In this document: positions 63,518 to 64,000 of the stretch, piece after piece | Numbering within the stretch: position 1 is the stretch's first letter | Layout of the letters: each line of letters begins with the position of its first letter | NCBI GenBank assembly: GCA_902533225.1 | Contig: CACALC010000001.1 | Coordinates: forward strand, 44,233 to 108,232 | Length of the DNA stretch: 64,000 nucleotides | Direction of reading: 5' to 3' | From: an uncultured SAR116 cluster alpha proteobacterium | Lineage (GTDB): Bacteria > Pseudomonadota > Alphaproteobacteria > Puniceispirillales > Marisalimonadaceae | Program-made: the position numbers and the translations under genes | Notes under the pieces: model-generated | What the model saw: the letters and a program-made list of their open reading frames with translations, nothing else | Databases searched by the model: none | Told to the model about the DNA's origin: nothing

Positions 63518-64000
63518 ATGTCTGAGTACGAAATTATAGATCATGAACATGATGTTGTTGTTGTTGGTGCTGGTGGTGCAGGTTTAAGGGCAACTTTAGG
63601 TATGGTATCTGGTGGCTTAAAGACAGCCTGTATTACCAAAGTTTTCCCAACTAGAAGTCACACCGTTGCAGCACAAGGTGGAATTGGTGCTGCGCTGAAT
63701 AACATGGGTGAAAATGATAGTTGGCAATTTCATATGTATGATACTGTAAAAGGATCTGATTGGTTAGGTGATCAAGATGCGATTGAATATATGTGTAAAG
63801 AAGCTATACCTTCTGTTACAGAATTAGAAAACTTTGGAGTCCCGTTTTCTCGTACAGAAGAAGGTGAAGTTTATCAGCGTCCTTTTGGTGGACATACCTT
63901 AGATTATGGAAAAAAAATGGCTAGAAGAGCTTGTGCTGCAGCCGATAGAACTGGTCACGCAATTTTGCATACTCTTTATCAACAATGTTTAAAACATAAA
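63518..64000 (+). CDS. sdhA: Succinate dehydrogenase flavoprotein, 3'-truncated by the window edge; absent from the ORF track
   Basis: [25 protein letters not shown]...[10 protein letters not shown]...[10 protein letters not shown]...ADRTGHA. Confidence 0.97.
   Translation, partial: MSEYEIIDHEHDVVVVGAGGAGLRATLGMVSGGLKTACITKVFPTRSHTVAAQGGIGAALNNMGENDSWQFHMYDTVKGSDWLGDQDAIEYMCKEAIPSVTELENFGVPFSRTEEGEVYQRPFGGHTLDYGKKMARRACAAADRTGHAILHTLYQQCLKHK

Overview
A gene-dense, AT-rich (roughly 30% GC by eye) chromosomal segment from a streamlined alphaproteobacterium. Gene content and order (ccrM, parAB, dmdA-like, glcB, porin) suggest a marine lineage such as low-GC SAR116/Puniceispirillales; this is inference. 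It starts in the rsmG-parA-parB block, which is usually origin-proximal. Most of the window is core genome: holA-lptE-leuS, porin, ribA, ispE, rnhB-ccrM, glcB, pgm-galU-ugd, a ProU-family ABC importer, purT, metF, ftsK-lolA, xth-dapF-mtaB-ftsY-ffh-rpsP-rimM-trmD-rplS, leuCDB-asd and sdhCDA. There are two tRNAs (Gln-UUG, Gly-GCC) and an ffh leader RNA. Three parts stand out. (1) A one-carbon/methylated-osmolyte neighbourhood with a divergent DmdA-like demethylase, metF, a DUF1445 gene and purT. (2) A ~2.6 kb accessory islet at the 3' end of tRNA-Gly with orphan ORFs, two unannotated small membrane proteins and a DUF4174 fusion. (3) A carbamoyltransferase plus polysaccharide deacetylase cassette between lolA and xth. 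Several proteins have lost canonical catalytic or functional residues (family-4 UDG, a response-regulator receiver, the DmdA-like protein, the ParB N-terminal peptide). I saw no CRISPR array, integrase, transposase or rRNA.
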